Below, piece by piece: positions 9,718 to 19,343 of a stretch of 64,000 nt of DNA (positions are counted from its first letter, which is position 1; every line of letters starts with the position of its first letter). The stretch covers positions 1,504,001 through 1,568,000 of the forward strand of contig CAVZZO010000001.1 in NCBI GenBank assembly GCA_963779755.1. The letters run 5' to 3'. Under the pieces are notes generated by a model. That model saw nothing but the letters and a program-made list of their open reading frames with translations. It was not told the origin of the DNA and did not search any database. This stretch comes from an uncultured Gemmatimonadales bacterium. Lineage in GTDB: Bacteria; Gemmatimonadota; Gemmatimonadetes; Gemmatimonadales; GWC2-71-9. Made by a program: the position numbers and the translations under genes.

Positions 9718-11483
9718 AGGTCGGGCCCCATGCGGAAGTGCAACAGCCAGGGACTACCGCCCAGGCTTGCCGGGCGATTGAGCGTATAGGCAAAGTCGAG
9801 CCGGATGAGCCCGACCGGCGAGATCCAGCGGATACCGGGGCCGATGCTGTAGCGCAGGGTGAGCGGGGTCCAGGAACTGAGGGCGTTGCCCGCATCGGTG
9901 AAGCCGGCGATGGCCCAGCGCTTGAGGAAGCGGTAGTCCATCTCCACGCTGCCGGCGAGGAGCACCTGGCCGCCCACGGGCTGCCCGGCCGCGTTCCGGG
10001 GGCCCAGGGTCTGGAAGCGGTAGCCCCGGATGGTCTCGTCGCCTCCGGTGAAGAACCGGATGGAGGGCGGCAACTGCAGGAAACTGCCGGTGAAGACCTG
10101 GCCCGCGTCAAGCCGCAGCAGCACGCGCGCACGGGGGGTGAATCCGTAGACCAGCTTGGCCCCGCCATCGACGCGGAGGAACGAGGTGTTGGAGAGCAGC
10201 CCCTGCCGGCTGCCCTTGATCTCACCGTGCACCCGGAAGCCCCGGGTGGGAAAGACCGTGTTGTTCGTGCTGGAGCGGTCGTAGCCCAGTCCCGCCACCA
10301 GCATGGTGGCGACGCCGGTATCGGGGCCGACGGTGAAGGCCTCCCGCTGATAGGTGAGCGAGAGATCCTCGTTCCAGCCGAAGCGCTTCCGGGTGAGCCT
10401 CCCGCCGACGATGAAGGTATGGCTGTTACTGATGGTCGGATTGAGAAAGGCGTAGCCGGCCAGCAGGGTCAGGGCGCCGGTGGGATGCAGGACCCCGGGA
10501 ATGACGTAGCGGCCGGAGATGCTCTGCTGAATCGTCGACCCGATCACATCGATCTCGGCGTTGTGGCCGCGGCGATTGAGGCGCCGGAAGCGGGCAGTGG
10601 CACGGCCCCGCGGGCCGTTGTCGGTGCCGTAGCCCACCCCCACCTCGTAGGCCTGCGGCGGCAGGGGCTCGAGAATCACCTCGACAGGCACACGGGTGTC
10701 GACGGCCTGCTCGGGGTGGGGAATGACCTGGATGCTGGCGAAATAGGGTTCCGCCATGAGCACGCCCTGCAGCTCGTTCAGCTTGCGCTGCCGGAACACT
10801 TCGCCCTGCCGGAAGGGAACGCGCCGCGCCAGGAAGGCCGAATCGAGAATGTCCTGCCGGAAGGTCACCGGCCCGAAATGCATGAGTGGGCCGGTATGGA
10901 ACCGGACCACGATACTGGCGGTGTCGGCCGTGCTGTCCACCAGGATGACGGTGCTGTCGAGCCCGGCATCGAGGTAGCCGCTGTCGGTGGCGACAGTGAG
11001 CAGACTGAGTTTCGCCGCTTCGTACCGCAAGTGGCTCAGGGTGTCCCCCTGCTGCTGGCGGAAGAGATCGGCCGCCTGCTGGATGCCGGGCTCCTCCGCC
11101 CCCGGCCCGGTGACCTCCACATCCACCCGGCGCACCATGGTGGCCGGCCCGGGGTGAATCAGATAGCGCGCCGTCCAGGTATCGCCGTCGAGCGACAGGG
11201 TGCCATGGATGAGGGGCTGATAGAACCCGTAGGGCTGTAGCGCCAGCCGGATCTGCCGGTTGCCACCACGGTACAGCTGGCGGATTCGGGATGGAGGAAG
11301 CTTCTCGCCTTCATCGTCGGCGCGTGCCAGGGCCAGGAGGGCCCGCACATTGTCCCGGACGTCGCCCTCCACTCCCTCGATCTGCACCCGCACCGGCGCG
11401 GTCTGGGCCTGGAGCGGGGCGGACCGGGCGAGCAGCAAGGGACCGACGGCGAGTATGACAGCGAGGGCAATGCGGAATCCCAA
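9714..11483 (-). CDS. tamA: Autotransporter assembly factor TamA (Omp85 family)
   Basis: POTRA-like region, GYGTDNGPRG, RFFTGGDETIRGY, SPVGLIRLD, terminal GPDL. Start placed at TTG 11483 with GGAG 6 nt upstream. Confidence 0.92.
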   Translation of the reverse strand: MGFRIALAVILAVGPLLLARSAPLQAQTAPVRVQIEGVEGDVRDNVRALLALARADDEGEKLPPSRIRQLYRGGNRQIRLALQPYGFYQPLIHGTLSLDGDTWTARYLIHPGPATMVRRVDVEVTGPGAEEPGIQQAADLFRQQQGDTLSHLRYEAAKLSLLTVATDSGYLDAGLDSTVILVDSTADTASIVVRFHTGPLMHFGPVTFRQDILDSAFLARRVPFRQGEVFRQRKLNELQGVLMAEPYFASIQVIPHPEQAVDTRVPVEVILEPLPPQAYEVGVGYGTDNGPRGRATARFRRLNRRGHNAEIDVIGSTIQQSISGRYVIPGVLHPTGALTLLAGYAFLNPTISNSHTFIVGGRLTRKRFGWNEDLSLTYQREAFTVGPDTGVATMLVAGLGYDRSSTNNTVFPTRGFRVHGEIKGSRQGLLSNTSFLRVDGGAKLVYGFTPRARVLLRLDAGQVFTGSFLQLPPSIRFFTGGDETIRGYRFQTLGPRNAAGQPVGGQVLLAGSVEMDYRFLKRWAIAGFTDAGNALSSWTPLTLRYSIGPGIRWISPVGLIRLDFAYTLNRPASLGGSPWLLHFRMGPDL

Positions 11484-11684
11484 AGGCTTCTCCGTGGCGG
11501 AAGTCCCATCAGCGTCGGCGGTCCGGCCCGCTCGGAGACGGTCTCCGGCTGTCATAATGCGATACAGCGCACCCGACTGCACTGTGCTGAGTCACATCGG
11601 CGGTGTGATACCGGTACAAGTCCGCTTGGTGCGTGCAAGACGAGGAGGCAAGGCTCCCGCATACTGGTGCCGGGAGGTAGAAAC

Positions 11685-12683
11685 ATGTTCGAGAGGACGC
11701 TTGTCCTCGCCGCGGCCGCCCTGATACTGCTGGCGGGCTGCGGCGGGAGCGATGGTATGCAACCCACCCCCAAGCTCCAGGCCGCCAAGGCCTCACAAAG
11801 CGGGGATGGTCAGAATGGCACGGTCGGGCAGGATCTGCCGAATCCGCTGCAAATCATCGTCACCAGCGATGGACAGCCGGCCCAGGGAATGACGGTGACC
11901 TGGTCGGCCTCCGGTACCGGGGCGGCGATAGCGCCGGCCACCACCACCACAGGCACGGACGGATTGGCTGCCGCCCAGTGGACGTTGGGCCAGGCTGCGG
12001 GGACGCAGATGGCCCAGGCCACCGTGTCCGGCGCCGCGGGGTCGCCGGTGCAGTTCACCGCCACGGCGGCGCCCGGCGGGGCGGCCACGCTGGCCGGAGT
12101 TTCGGGCGATGGCCAGACCGCCGAGGTTGGCCAGGCGCTGGCGAACCCGGTGGTCGTCATGGTGACCGACCAGTTCGGCAACCCGGTGAGCGGGACCGCG
12201 GTACAATGGGCCGTGACGGGCGGCGGCGGAACGGTGAGCCCAGCGTCGGGCACCAGCGACGCCCAGGGGCGGGTGAGCGCCACCTGGACGCTGGGGATGA
12301 CGGTGGGGCCGAACGCGGCGCAGGCGAGCGCCGCCGGGCTGGCCGGATCGCCGGTGGGTTTCCTGGCCTCGGCGGTGGCGACGCCGCCCCCGCCCCCGGC
12401 CATTACCATCACGGTCCGCAACAATTTCTTCGACCCCGCTGTGGATACCGTGGCCGCCGGGGGCACGGTGACCTGGAATTGGTCGAGCGGCACGGTGCTG
12501 CACAGCGTCACCTCGACCGGACCGACCAGCTTCACCAGCGATCCCGCCGGGGCGGTCGCGAGCCCGCACAGCTACGGCCCGATCACCTTTGCGACCCCCG
12601 GCACCTATTTCTACTACTGCACGGTGCACGGCGCCGCGGGTAATCCGCCGAGCGGCATGGCGGGTACCATCGTGGTGCGCTGA
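11685..12683 (+). CDS. Lipoprotein with two Ig-like (Big_1-like) domains and C-terminal cupredoxin domain
   Basis: GGAGGT RBS; lipobox LAGC; repeated SGDGQ...L.NP..V.V modules; type-1 copper ligands H(SVTS)...YYCTVH...GMAGTIVV. Confidence 0.88.
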   Translation: MFERTLVLAAAALILLAGCGGSDGMQPTPKLQAAKASQSGDGQNGTVGQDLPNPLQIIVTSDGQPAQGMTVTWSASGTGAAIAPATTTTGTDGLAAAQWTLGQAAGTQMAQATVSGAAGSPVQFTATAAPGGAATLAGVSGDGQTAEVGQALANPVVVMVTDQFGNPVSGTAVQWAVTGGGGTVSPASGTSDAQGRVSATWTLGMTVGPNAAQASAAGLAGSPVGFLASAVATPPPPPAITITVRNNFFDPAVDTVAAGGTVTWNWSSGTVLHSVTSTGPTSFTSDPAGAVASPHSYGPITFATPGTYFYYCTVHGAAGNPPSGMAGTIVVR

Positions 12684-13532
12684 GTGCGCGCCGGCGGTGC
12701 ACTGCTGATCTTGCTGCTGGCCGCAGCGGGGCGGCTTGCGGCCCAGGCCGACTGTTTCCCCCCCGCCGATTCGCACGAGGCCCAGGTCTTCGGTATCCTC
12801 TCCGTGCCGATCGCCTTCAGCGCCGCGGGCCCGCCGGAGCAGCTTGCGCCGGGCCGGTTCCAGGTGGGGCTCGAAGCGTCCTACCTGCCGCGGGTAGACC
12901 GCACCACGGCGACGCCGACCATCTGCCGCCCGGGCAAGGGGCCGGAGCACGTCAACCTCCTGCCGGGCTTCCTCCGGCCGCGGCTGGCGGCGGGGCTGCC
13001 GGGCGGCTTTGAGGTGGAGGTTGCCTGGGTGCCTCCGGTCCGTGTCCGCGAGGTGGAGGCCAATCTGGTCAGCCTCGCGGTGGCGCGGGCGCTGGCGCGG
13101 GGGCGTCTCGGGTTGGCCCTGCGCGCCCATGCCACCTTCGGCGTGGTGCACGCACCGGTGACCTGCGACGATGCCGCGCTGCAGGATCCGGCCAGCGAAT
13201 GCTTCGGGGGGACGCGCTCGAACGACAGCTTTCACCCCAATATTCTGGGCATCGAGCTGCAGGCGAGCCAGAGGATGAACGGCCGCCTCGCGCTATTCGG
13301 CGCGGTGGGCTACAACCGCCTGCAACCGCGCTTCCGGGTTAACTTCACCAATCAGTTCGGCACCACGGACCGGCGGCGGGTCTCGGTGGATCTGGACCGC
13401 CTCGCCCTCTCGGCGGGCGTTCTCCTGCGCCTGGGCGCCGGGTTCGGCCTGGTGTCCGAACTGTACGCGGTGCCCGCCGATGCGGTGACGGGCCGGCTGG
13501 TCGTGCGCCGGCAGCTGGGAGGCTCGCCATGA
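12684..13532 (+). CDS. Exported hypothetical protein, probable beta-barrel
   Basis: Signal peptide; amphipathic strands; four Cys; translationally coupled to both neighbours. Confidence 0.65.
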   Translation: MRAGGALLILLLAAAGRLAAQADCFPPADSHEAQVFGILSVPIAFSAAGPPEQLAPGRFQVGLEASYLPRVDRTTATPTICRPGKGPEHVNLLPGFLRPRLAAGLPGGFEVEVAWVPPVRVREVEANLVSLAVARALARGRLGLALRAHATFGVVHAPVTCDDAALQDPASECFGGTRSNDSFHPNILGIELQASQRMNGRLALFGAVGYNRLQPRFRVNFTNQFGTTDRRRVSVDLDRLALSAGVLLRLGAGFGLVSELYAVPADAVTGRLVVRRQLGGSP

Positions 13533-14158
13533 AGACCATCCGCGCGCTCGCCGGCCTGCTCCTGGCGCTGGCGCCGGCGGCTGCGGGACAGGAGCCGGCG
13601 TTACCGTCCGCGGTGGTGGGCCAGGGAACGCTCAGCTTCGATGCGCACGCCTCGCTGGGCGACTTCACCGGCCGGACCGATTCGGTGCGTGGCTGGATGA
13701 GCGGCGGGCGGGTCCGGGATGTCCGGGGTTGTGTCTCCGCACCGGTCGGCTCGCTCACCACGGGTAACGGCCACCGCGACCGCGACCTGAACAAATCCAT
13801 GGAGACCGGCCGTTTCCCCCGGATGTGGTTTGCGCTGGCCGAAACGGTCCCCGCCGCCCCCACCGCCGACTCGCAGCAGGTGGCGCTGATCGGCGATTTC
13901 ACCATCCATGGGGTCACCCGACGCGACACCCTGGCGTCGGTACTCACCCGTGCGGGAGACACCCTGCACCTGCACAGCGATTTTCCGTTAAACGTGAAAG
14001 ACTACGATGTCGGGGGGCTCAGCAAGATGCTGGGAATCCTCAAGATGGACGAGCATATCGTGGTGCACGTGGATCTGGACTTCCTGCCGGCGGCCGATTC
14101 GATTTCCACCGATTGTCCGCCCGCCATCGGCGGGGTTGGCCCGGGCCAGGCAGATTGA
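13529..14158 (+). CDS. YceI family protein
   Basis: Signal peptide; SLTTGNGHRDRDL and GDFTIHGVTR motifs. Confidence 0.9.
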   Translation: MKTIRALAGLLLALAPAAAGQEPALPSAVVGQGTLSFDAHASLGDFTGRTDSVRGWMSGGRVRDVRGCVSAPVGSLTTGNGHRDRDLNKSMETGRFPRMWFALAETVPAAPTADSQQVALIGDFTIHGVTRRDTLASVLTRAGDTLHLHSDFPLNVKDYDVGGLSKMLGILKMDEHIVVHVDLDFLPAADSISTDCPPAIGGVGPGQAD

Positions 14159-14262
14159 AGGGTCCACAGAGGAGGTGCTTCACCTCCGCTTGAGCCCGAG
14201 TCCGGCCCCGCGACGCGCTGACGGGCGGACTCTGCTCCAGCGACGAACAGCGGTTCTGTGGA

Positions 14263-14817
14263 TCACACCTGCATGGGCTGGGGCTGGGGCTGGATCATAT
14301 GACGGATCCGGGATTCCAGCGCCTCCCAGTCGGTGAACTCCCAGTCGCGCGAGGTGTCGGTGGGCCGGCCGGTCCGGGAACTGATGCGTCGCATGATCCA
14401 GCGGGTAATCGGGCCGTAGCGGGTATAGGTCACCGCGCCCGCAACCGAGGTGACATGGCGTGGCTGCCAGCCGGTCTCTTTCAGGAACCGCTGGACATAT
14501 TCCCGTGCCTCCTGTCGCCCGCCCTCCTGATTGCCCGCCAGCGCCCCGCAAACCGAAATGAAGATCGACGGCATGGCGTTGAGCTGCGGCGCAAAGCGGC
14601 GGACGAAATCCCGGAGATAGCGCTGGTGCCGGCCGAATTTCACGGAGCCGGCAATGATGACGCCCTCGAACGGCTCCAGGCTCACCAGCGGCGGCAGGGC
14701 GTCACCCCGCCAGATGGTGACCTGCCGCCCCTCCCGGCGCAGTGTGGCAGCCACGCGCTCCACCACCTTGGCGGTGTGTCCGTAGGAGGTGCCGTACACA
14801 ATCAGATATTCAGACAT
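14263..14817 (-). CDS. Flavodoxin-domain protein, HemG-like
   Basis: IVYGTSYGHTAKV flavodoxin loop; AGAVTYTRYG...DTSRDWEFTDW C-terminus typical of HemG-like proteins. Confidence 0.85.
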   Translation of the reverse strand: MSEYLIVYGTSYGHTAKVVERVAATLRREGRQVTIWRGDALPPLVSLEPFEGVIIAGSVKFGRHQRYLRDFVRRFAPQLNAMPSIFISVCGALAGNQEGGRQEAREYVQRFLKETGWQPRHVTSVAGAVTYTRYGPITRWIMRRISSRTGRPTDTSRDWEFTDWEALESRIRHMIQPQPQPMQV

Positions 14818-14885
14818 TTCGTCAGGCTCCCCTGGGTTCCCGTGCAGACTAGGGGCGGGTCCATGAAGCGGCGCTGAATGGCCAA

Positions 14886-15004
14886 TGAAACCCACCGATG
14901 ACACCGATGACACAGGGGTGTTCGGCGTTATCCGGTGCCGCCGGGGCAGGTGAAGGCGGCCCGGATTCTCTGCGTAATCTGCCTGACCGGTGTAATCTGT
15001 GGAT
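14886..15004. repeat. Nonamer-built inverted-repeat element
   Basis: ccaccgatgacaccgatgacac ... ctgcgtaatctg ... ccggtgtaatctgtgg; related to the elements at 41722 and 53834. Confidence 0.65.
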
Positions 15005-15496
15005 ATGGCGGCCCTTCTTCTGATCGTCTTCCTCCTCACCGGGCTCGTCCTGATCCCGCTCGGGCTCCCCGGCCTGTGGGTCATGCTGCTGGGGCTGCTG
15101 GGGTATGGCTGGCTTACCGGCTTCCGCACTGTGGGGGCGGGGATCATTCTCGCCGCCCTGGCGCTGGCGCTGCTGGGCGAACTGGTGGAATGGTGGGTGG
15201 GGTTCCGGTTTGCGCGCCGCTACGGCGGGTCGCGCCGGGCGGGCTGGGGCGCGCTGGTCGGAGGGATCGTGGGGGCGATCGTCGGTGTGCCGGTGCCGGT
15301 GATCGGGAGCGTGATCGGGTCGTTCGTGGGAGCGTTCGCCGGGGCGGTGGTATTCGAGTATTCCCGGGAACAGCACGGCCCCGCCTCGCTGCGCGCCGGT
15401 TGGGGCGCCCTGCTGGGGCGGGCGGTGGCGGCCGGGGCGAAGACGGCGTTCGGGGTGGGGATCGCGGTCCTGGGCGTGTGGGCGCTGTTTCGGTGA
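15005..15496 (+). CDS. DUF456 family membrane protein
   Basis: PLGLPG, ARRYGGSRRAGWGALVGGIVG, GAFAGAVVFE motifs; hydrophobic throughout. Confidence 0.88.
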   Translation: MAALLLIVFLLTGLVLIPLGLPGLWVMLLGLLGYGWLTGFRTVGAGIILAALALALLGELVEWWVGFRFARRYGGSRRAGWGALVGGIVGAIVGVPVPVIGSVIGSFVGAFAGAVVFEYSREQHGPASLRAGWGALLGRAVAAGAKTAFGVGIAVLGVWALFR

Positions 15497-15649
15497 CCTG
15501 CTGCCGGCAGACCGCCTGAGTACCCCGCCTGCCGGCTGGGGCGCATATTGGAACGCGGCAGGGAGCTTGCGGCCCGGGGGGCACCCGGGGCAGAATCCAA
15601 CGCTCCCGCAAGAGCGCACCCCCCCCTCTTCCCTCTGGAGGATCGTACC

Positions 15650-16186
15650 ATGCGGACTCGTATGCTTGTCCCGGCCCTGGGTGGCCTGCTGCTGTTACCG
15701 GCGGGCCTGGCGGCGCAGGGGAACCCGGTCTCCGACGCGCTGCGCCATGAGCTGGCCAGCGCCAAGCGCAATATGGTCGCGGCCGCCGAGGAGATGCCGG
15801 CGGACAAGTTCGGCTTCAAGCCGACCGACGCCCAGATGAGTTTCGGCCAGCTGGTGCTGCACGTGGCCGGCTCCAACGTGTTCATGTGCAGCTCGATTTC
15901 GGGCAAGAAGAGCCCCGAGGCTGCCAAGCTCGACGCGAGCGCGCCCAAGGAGCAGTTGATGCAGCGGATCAAGGACTCGTTCGCCTTCTGCGAGTCGGCA
16001 CTGGGCGGGGTGACGGATGGCGATCTGGGGGGGCAGGTCCCCTACTGGGGCAAGTCGACCGTGTCCCGCGCCACCGCCATGATGGGCCTGGCCCAGGACT
16101 GGGCCGACCACTACGGCCAGCAGGCCATGTATCTCCGGCTCAACGGCCACCTGCCGCCGACCGCCAAGCGCGGGGACGACATGTGA
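15650..16186 (+). CDS. DinB family protein, exported
   Basis: GGAGG RBS; signal peptide; AEEMPADKFGFKP..MSFGQLVLHVA; DHYGQ..YLRLNG.LPP. Confidence 0.88.
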   Translation: MRTRMLVPALGGLLLLPAGLAAQGNPVSDALRHELASAKRNMVAAAEEMPADKFGFKPTDAQMSFGQLVLHVAGSNVFMCSSISGKKSPEAAKLDASAPKEQLMQRIKDSFAFCESALGGVTDGDLGGQVPYWGKSTVSRATAMMGLAQDWADHYGQQAMYLRLNGHLPPTAKRGDDM

Positions 16187-16198
16187 TCCCTCCCGGCG

Positions 16199-17758
16199 TC
16201 ACCGCTCGGCCGGTTTCAGCCGCAGGTCCTGGAAATCGAAGCTGAAATCGACCGAAGGCGAGGCCGGTGCCATGCGCACTTCCGCGATGCTGCCATCCGG
16301 GTCGAGCCTGAATGTCACGAAGGCATCGGCCCGGAGCTCGCGGTCCCGCCAGCGGGCCAGGAAGGTGTCGTACTGCCAGTGCGTCAGGTCGCCCACCAGG
16401 GCGGGCGTGTGCGAGAACCGGATCACCAGCCGCCCATCCTCCAGCGCAATACCGACATCGCCGTACCATGGGTCGCGATAGGTCCCGGCATACCGCTCGA
16501 GCGGGAGTGACGGGCCGGCCGTGCTGTCGCGCGCGGTCGCGGCCCGGGCATCCGCCGCGGCCGTCAGGGAGTCCTGCCGGGCCCGGATCCGCTTCCATCC
16601 GCCACGCCAGTCGAAGCTGGCTCCCAGGTAGTGGTCCAGCACCTGGAGCGCGATCGCCTCCATGGCCGGGCTCTCGGAGTTGGTCAGCACCGCCACGCCG
16701 AGGTTGAGGTCGGGGATCATCATGACGCGGGAGACGTAGCCGGGCAGGCCGCCGGAGTGATTGACCAGCTTGTGCCCCCGGTAGTCGCGGACAGCGAGCC
16801 CCAGGCCGTAGCCGGAGAACTGCGGCTGCAGCGGGGCCAGCTCTGCGGGGTAGCGCCCGGTAGGGATGGGCGTCACGATCTGCCAGAGCTGCCGGGTGGT
16901 GGCGGGTGTGAACAGGCGCACGCTGTCGTGGACCCGGCCCGAGTCGAGCTGGGTGATGAGCCAGCGCGCCATGTCCACCGCGTTGGAGACGATGCCGCCG
17001 GCGGGGTTGGTATTGTCGCTGTCGAACGGCTTCACCGGCTGGAGGGTACCGTTCACCTCCGCATGCGGTGTGGCCACATTGCCTCCGCCCGCGGCCGCCC
17101 GGTGGCGGACCTTACTCTCCGTCATCCCCACCGGCTGGAGGATGCGGGTCCGCACGAAGTCCTCCCACGACATACCGCTCACCGCCTCGATCACTTCGCC
17201 TGCGATGAGATACAGCACGTTGTCGTAGGCGTAGGCGCTGCGGAAGCTCGTCGCCAGCGGAACGTATCGGAGCCGCCGGGCGATGCTGTCGCGGTTGTAG
17301 GTGGACGAGGGCCACCACAGCAGGTCGCCCGCTCCCAGGCCCAGCCCGCTGCGGTGCACCAGCAGATCGCGCACGGTGATCTCGTGCGTCACGTATGGGT
17401 CGGAGAGCCGGAACCACGGCAGGTAGTCGATCACCGGGGCGTCCCACTGAACCTTGCCCTCTTCCACCAGAAGGCCCAGCGCCGTGGCTGTGAACGCCTT
17501 GGTGTTGGAGGCGATGCCGAAGAGTGTGTGCGCGTCCACCCGGTCCGGTCGGCCCAGGGTGCGCACCCCATACCCTCGGGCCACCACCACCTGTCCGTCC
17601 TTGACGATCGCCAGGGCCAGTCCCGGGACCTCGAAGTCGTCCATGACCTGACGGACGTAGGTATCGAGTCCGGCTGGCGGGGCAGGGTGCTTGGCCTGCG
17701 GCCGGGCGGTGGCCGGCACCAGGAGGAGCACGACGGCGGGGCAGAGGATCCGGCGCAT
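16199..17758 (-). CDS. Serine hydrolase (class C beta-lactamase-like) with C-terminal DUF3471-like domain
   Basis: IASNTK (SxxK), YDN, HSGG motifs; YAGTYRDPWYG C-terminal domain; signal peptide. Confidence 0.92.
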   Translation of the reverse strand: MRRILCPAVVLLLVPATARPQAKHPAPPAGLDTYVRQVMDDFEVPGLALAIVKDGQVVVARGYGVRTLGRPDRVDAHTLFGIASNTKAFTATALGLLVEEGKVQWDAPVIDYLPWFRLSDPYVTHEITVRDLLVHRSGLGLGAGDLLWWPSSTYNRDSIARRLRYVPLATSFRSAYAYDNVLYLIAGEVIEAVSGMSWEDFVRTRILQPVGMTESKVRHRAAAGGGNVATPHAEVNGTLQPVKPFDSDNTNPAGGIVSNAVDMARWLITQLDSGRVHDSVRLFTPATTRQLWQIVTPIPTGRYPAELAPLQPQFSGYGLGLAVRDYRGHKLVNHSGGLPGYVSRVMMIPDLNLGVAVLTNSESPAMEAIALQVLDHYLGASFDWRGGWKRIRARQDSLTAAADARAATARDSTAGPSLPLERYAGTYRDPWYGDVGIALEDGRLVIRFSHTPALVGDLTHWQYDTFLARWRDRELRADAFVTFRLDPDGSIAEVRMAPASPSVDFSFDFQDLRLKPAER

Positions 17759-17794
17759 GGCGACTCCTGGTGGAAGGCGGGGAATGCCGCCAGC

Positions 17795-17980
17795 CTAGTG
17801 TGCCAGGCCTGCGGCGATGGCCAGCGGGATCAGGAGGTAGAGGATCAGATCCCGGACCAGGTAGAGCAGGAGAACGACGACCACGAAGCCCCAGCCGCGC
17901 TTGCGGAGGAGCCCGCGCCAGCCCAGCGACCGGCGCTCCTCGCGCAGGGTGCGAACAAACTCGGCGGCTTTGTGGGGCAT
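17795..17980 (-). CDS. Small membrane protein (61 aa)
   Basis: Basic N-terminus, then GWGFVVVVLLLYLVRDLILYLLIP; GC3-rich codons; co-oriented with neighbours. Confidence 0.65.
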   Translation of the reverse strand: MPHKAAEFVRTLREERRSLGWRGLLRKRGWGFVVVVLLLYLVRDLILYLLIPLAIAAGLAH

Positions 17981-18029
17981 GGGGGAAAAGATATGGCCGA
18001 AGGCGGGAAGGCGGGAAGGCCGAAGGCTC

Positions 18030-19343
18030 TCAGCCCTCCTCCCTTTCTTCATAGATCCAGCGCCGAACCCGCCGCAGGGTTCTCCAGTATACGTCCTCCA
18101 TCAACCAATGCCCGAATTCACCGTTGCGGCCGAGGCTCAGCAGGTTCGCCACCCCGGTGCCGTGGTCGAGACTCTGGCGGTCCGTCTCATAACGATTGAG
18201 AAAGACCGGATACGCGACCGGGATCCGGACGACGTGCGAGCCCAGGAAACGCGGGCCGACACCGGGCACCCACTGTTCCAGCTGGTCCAGGCAGAGGCGT
18301 GCGAGGGTAGCGTCCTCCAGCCTCCAGTGCTCATCGCCGACCTCGGCGCCGAGGTCCGCCGTAACCATGGTCTTCCCTTCCGGGGCAAGCCACGGCATCG
18401 AACGGGTCGCTTCGGTGAGCCGGAAGAAGGGGGAGGTCCGCTCCGGAATCCAGAGCACAGTATCGGGAAGAAGATGCCGGCCTTCCAGCTTCAGGTTGAC
18501 GCTGATCATGGGTCGGAAGCGGAACCGGCGAAAACGATCCAGGCGGTCGGTCCCCTCCACCAGGCGCGGAAGGATATGAATCGGGGCGGTGCTGATCACC
18601 AGCGAGACGGGCTGCACCTGTCCGTGCACCTGCACCGCCGTCGCGCGGCCGTCCTCGACCAGAATACGCTCCACCGGCGACTCCAGGCGGATAGCATCCG
18701 CCACTTCCTCCGCCAGGCGACGCAACAAGGCGCCGACGCCGTGGACGGGATACACGTGCCAGACGCTGGCATTCTCCGGCAGGCTGCTGCTGTAACCGGC
18801 GGCAACGGCGCGATGGCTGATGCGGCCGGCCAGACGGAGCCACATGGTGTGCAGGAGGCCGGTGGGCAACTTGTCGGCGACGGCGGGTGACAGCTCATGG
18901 GCGGAGGCTCCCGACCAGGCCTCCAGCAGCGGAATGGCCACGGTATCCGCCAGGGCCGGTCCGTACTCCCGCCGGAAGCGCTCGGCGGCGTTGGTGGCGG
19001 TGGGGCGGGGCCGGATGCGTTCCGCCAGCGCCGAGGCGACAAACCGCGGCTCGGCGAGAAGGCCGAAGGGATAGGAGCGCCGGGTGCCGTTCAGGGCGAC
19101 CGACTCGCCGTAGGTCTGCACCGGACGGCAGGCGGCGTTCATGCCCAGTGCGGTCGCGAGCCGGTTGGTGATGAAATGCGCGCCGGTGTCGTAGGTAAAA
19201 CCGTCCTCGTCGTGGTGGCTCGCCGCCAGACCCGCCACCGCGCGGCCGGCCTCGAACACCACCACCGGCACCCCGTGGCGCCGCAGTTCAGCGGCCGCCG
19301 TGAGCCCCGCCAGGCCTCCGCCCACCAGGGCGGCCGGGTGCAT
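18030..19343 (-). CDS. FAD-dependent oxidoreductase (amine oxidase/protoporphyrinogen oxidase-like)
   Basis: VGGGLAGL dinucleotide motif, DTGAHF, AYPVF, LGRNGEF. ATG 19343 overlaps the upstream stop. Confidence 0.88.
   Translation of the reverse strand: MHPAALVGGGLAGLTAAAELRRHGVPVVVFEAGRAVAGLAASHHDEDGFTYDTGAHFITNRLATALGMNAACRPVQTYGESVALNGTRRSYPFGLLAEPRFVASALAERIRPRPTATNAAERFRREYGPALADTVAIPLLEAWSGASAHELSPAVADKLPTGLLHTMWLRLAGRISHRAVAAGYSSSLPENASVWHVYPVHGVGALLRRLAEEVADAIRLESPVERILVEDGRATAVQVHGQVQPVSLVISTAPIHILPRLVEGTDRLDRFRRFRFRPMISVNLKLEGRHLLPDTVLWIPERTSPFFRLTEATRSMPWLAPEGKTMVTADLGAEVGDEHWRLEDATLARLCLDQLEQWVPGVGPRFLGSHVVRIPVAYPVFLNRYETDRQSLDHGTGVANLLSLGRNGEFGHWLMEDVYWRTLRRVRRWIYEEREEG

Noticed and set aside
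7153..9789. 878-aa plus-strand ORF (also 5563..7026 and 9738..11240)
   Set aside because: Antisense shadows of tamB and tamA, typical of high-GC DNA; no motifs.
11583..11620. CRP/FNR/Rex-like site upstream of the cupredoxin operon (TGTG-N6-CACA)
   Set aside because: Half-site spacing does not fit TGTGA-N6-TCACA; too weak to call.
16199..17758. Antibiotic resistance calls (beta-lactamase here; Vgb at 63230)
   Set aside because: Family-level folds only; these exported homologues are widespread and have no demonstrated resistance role.
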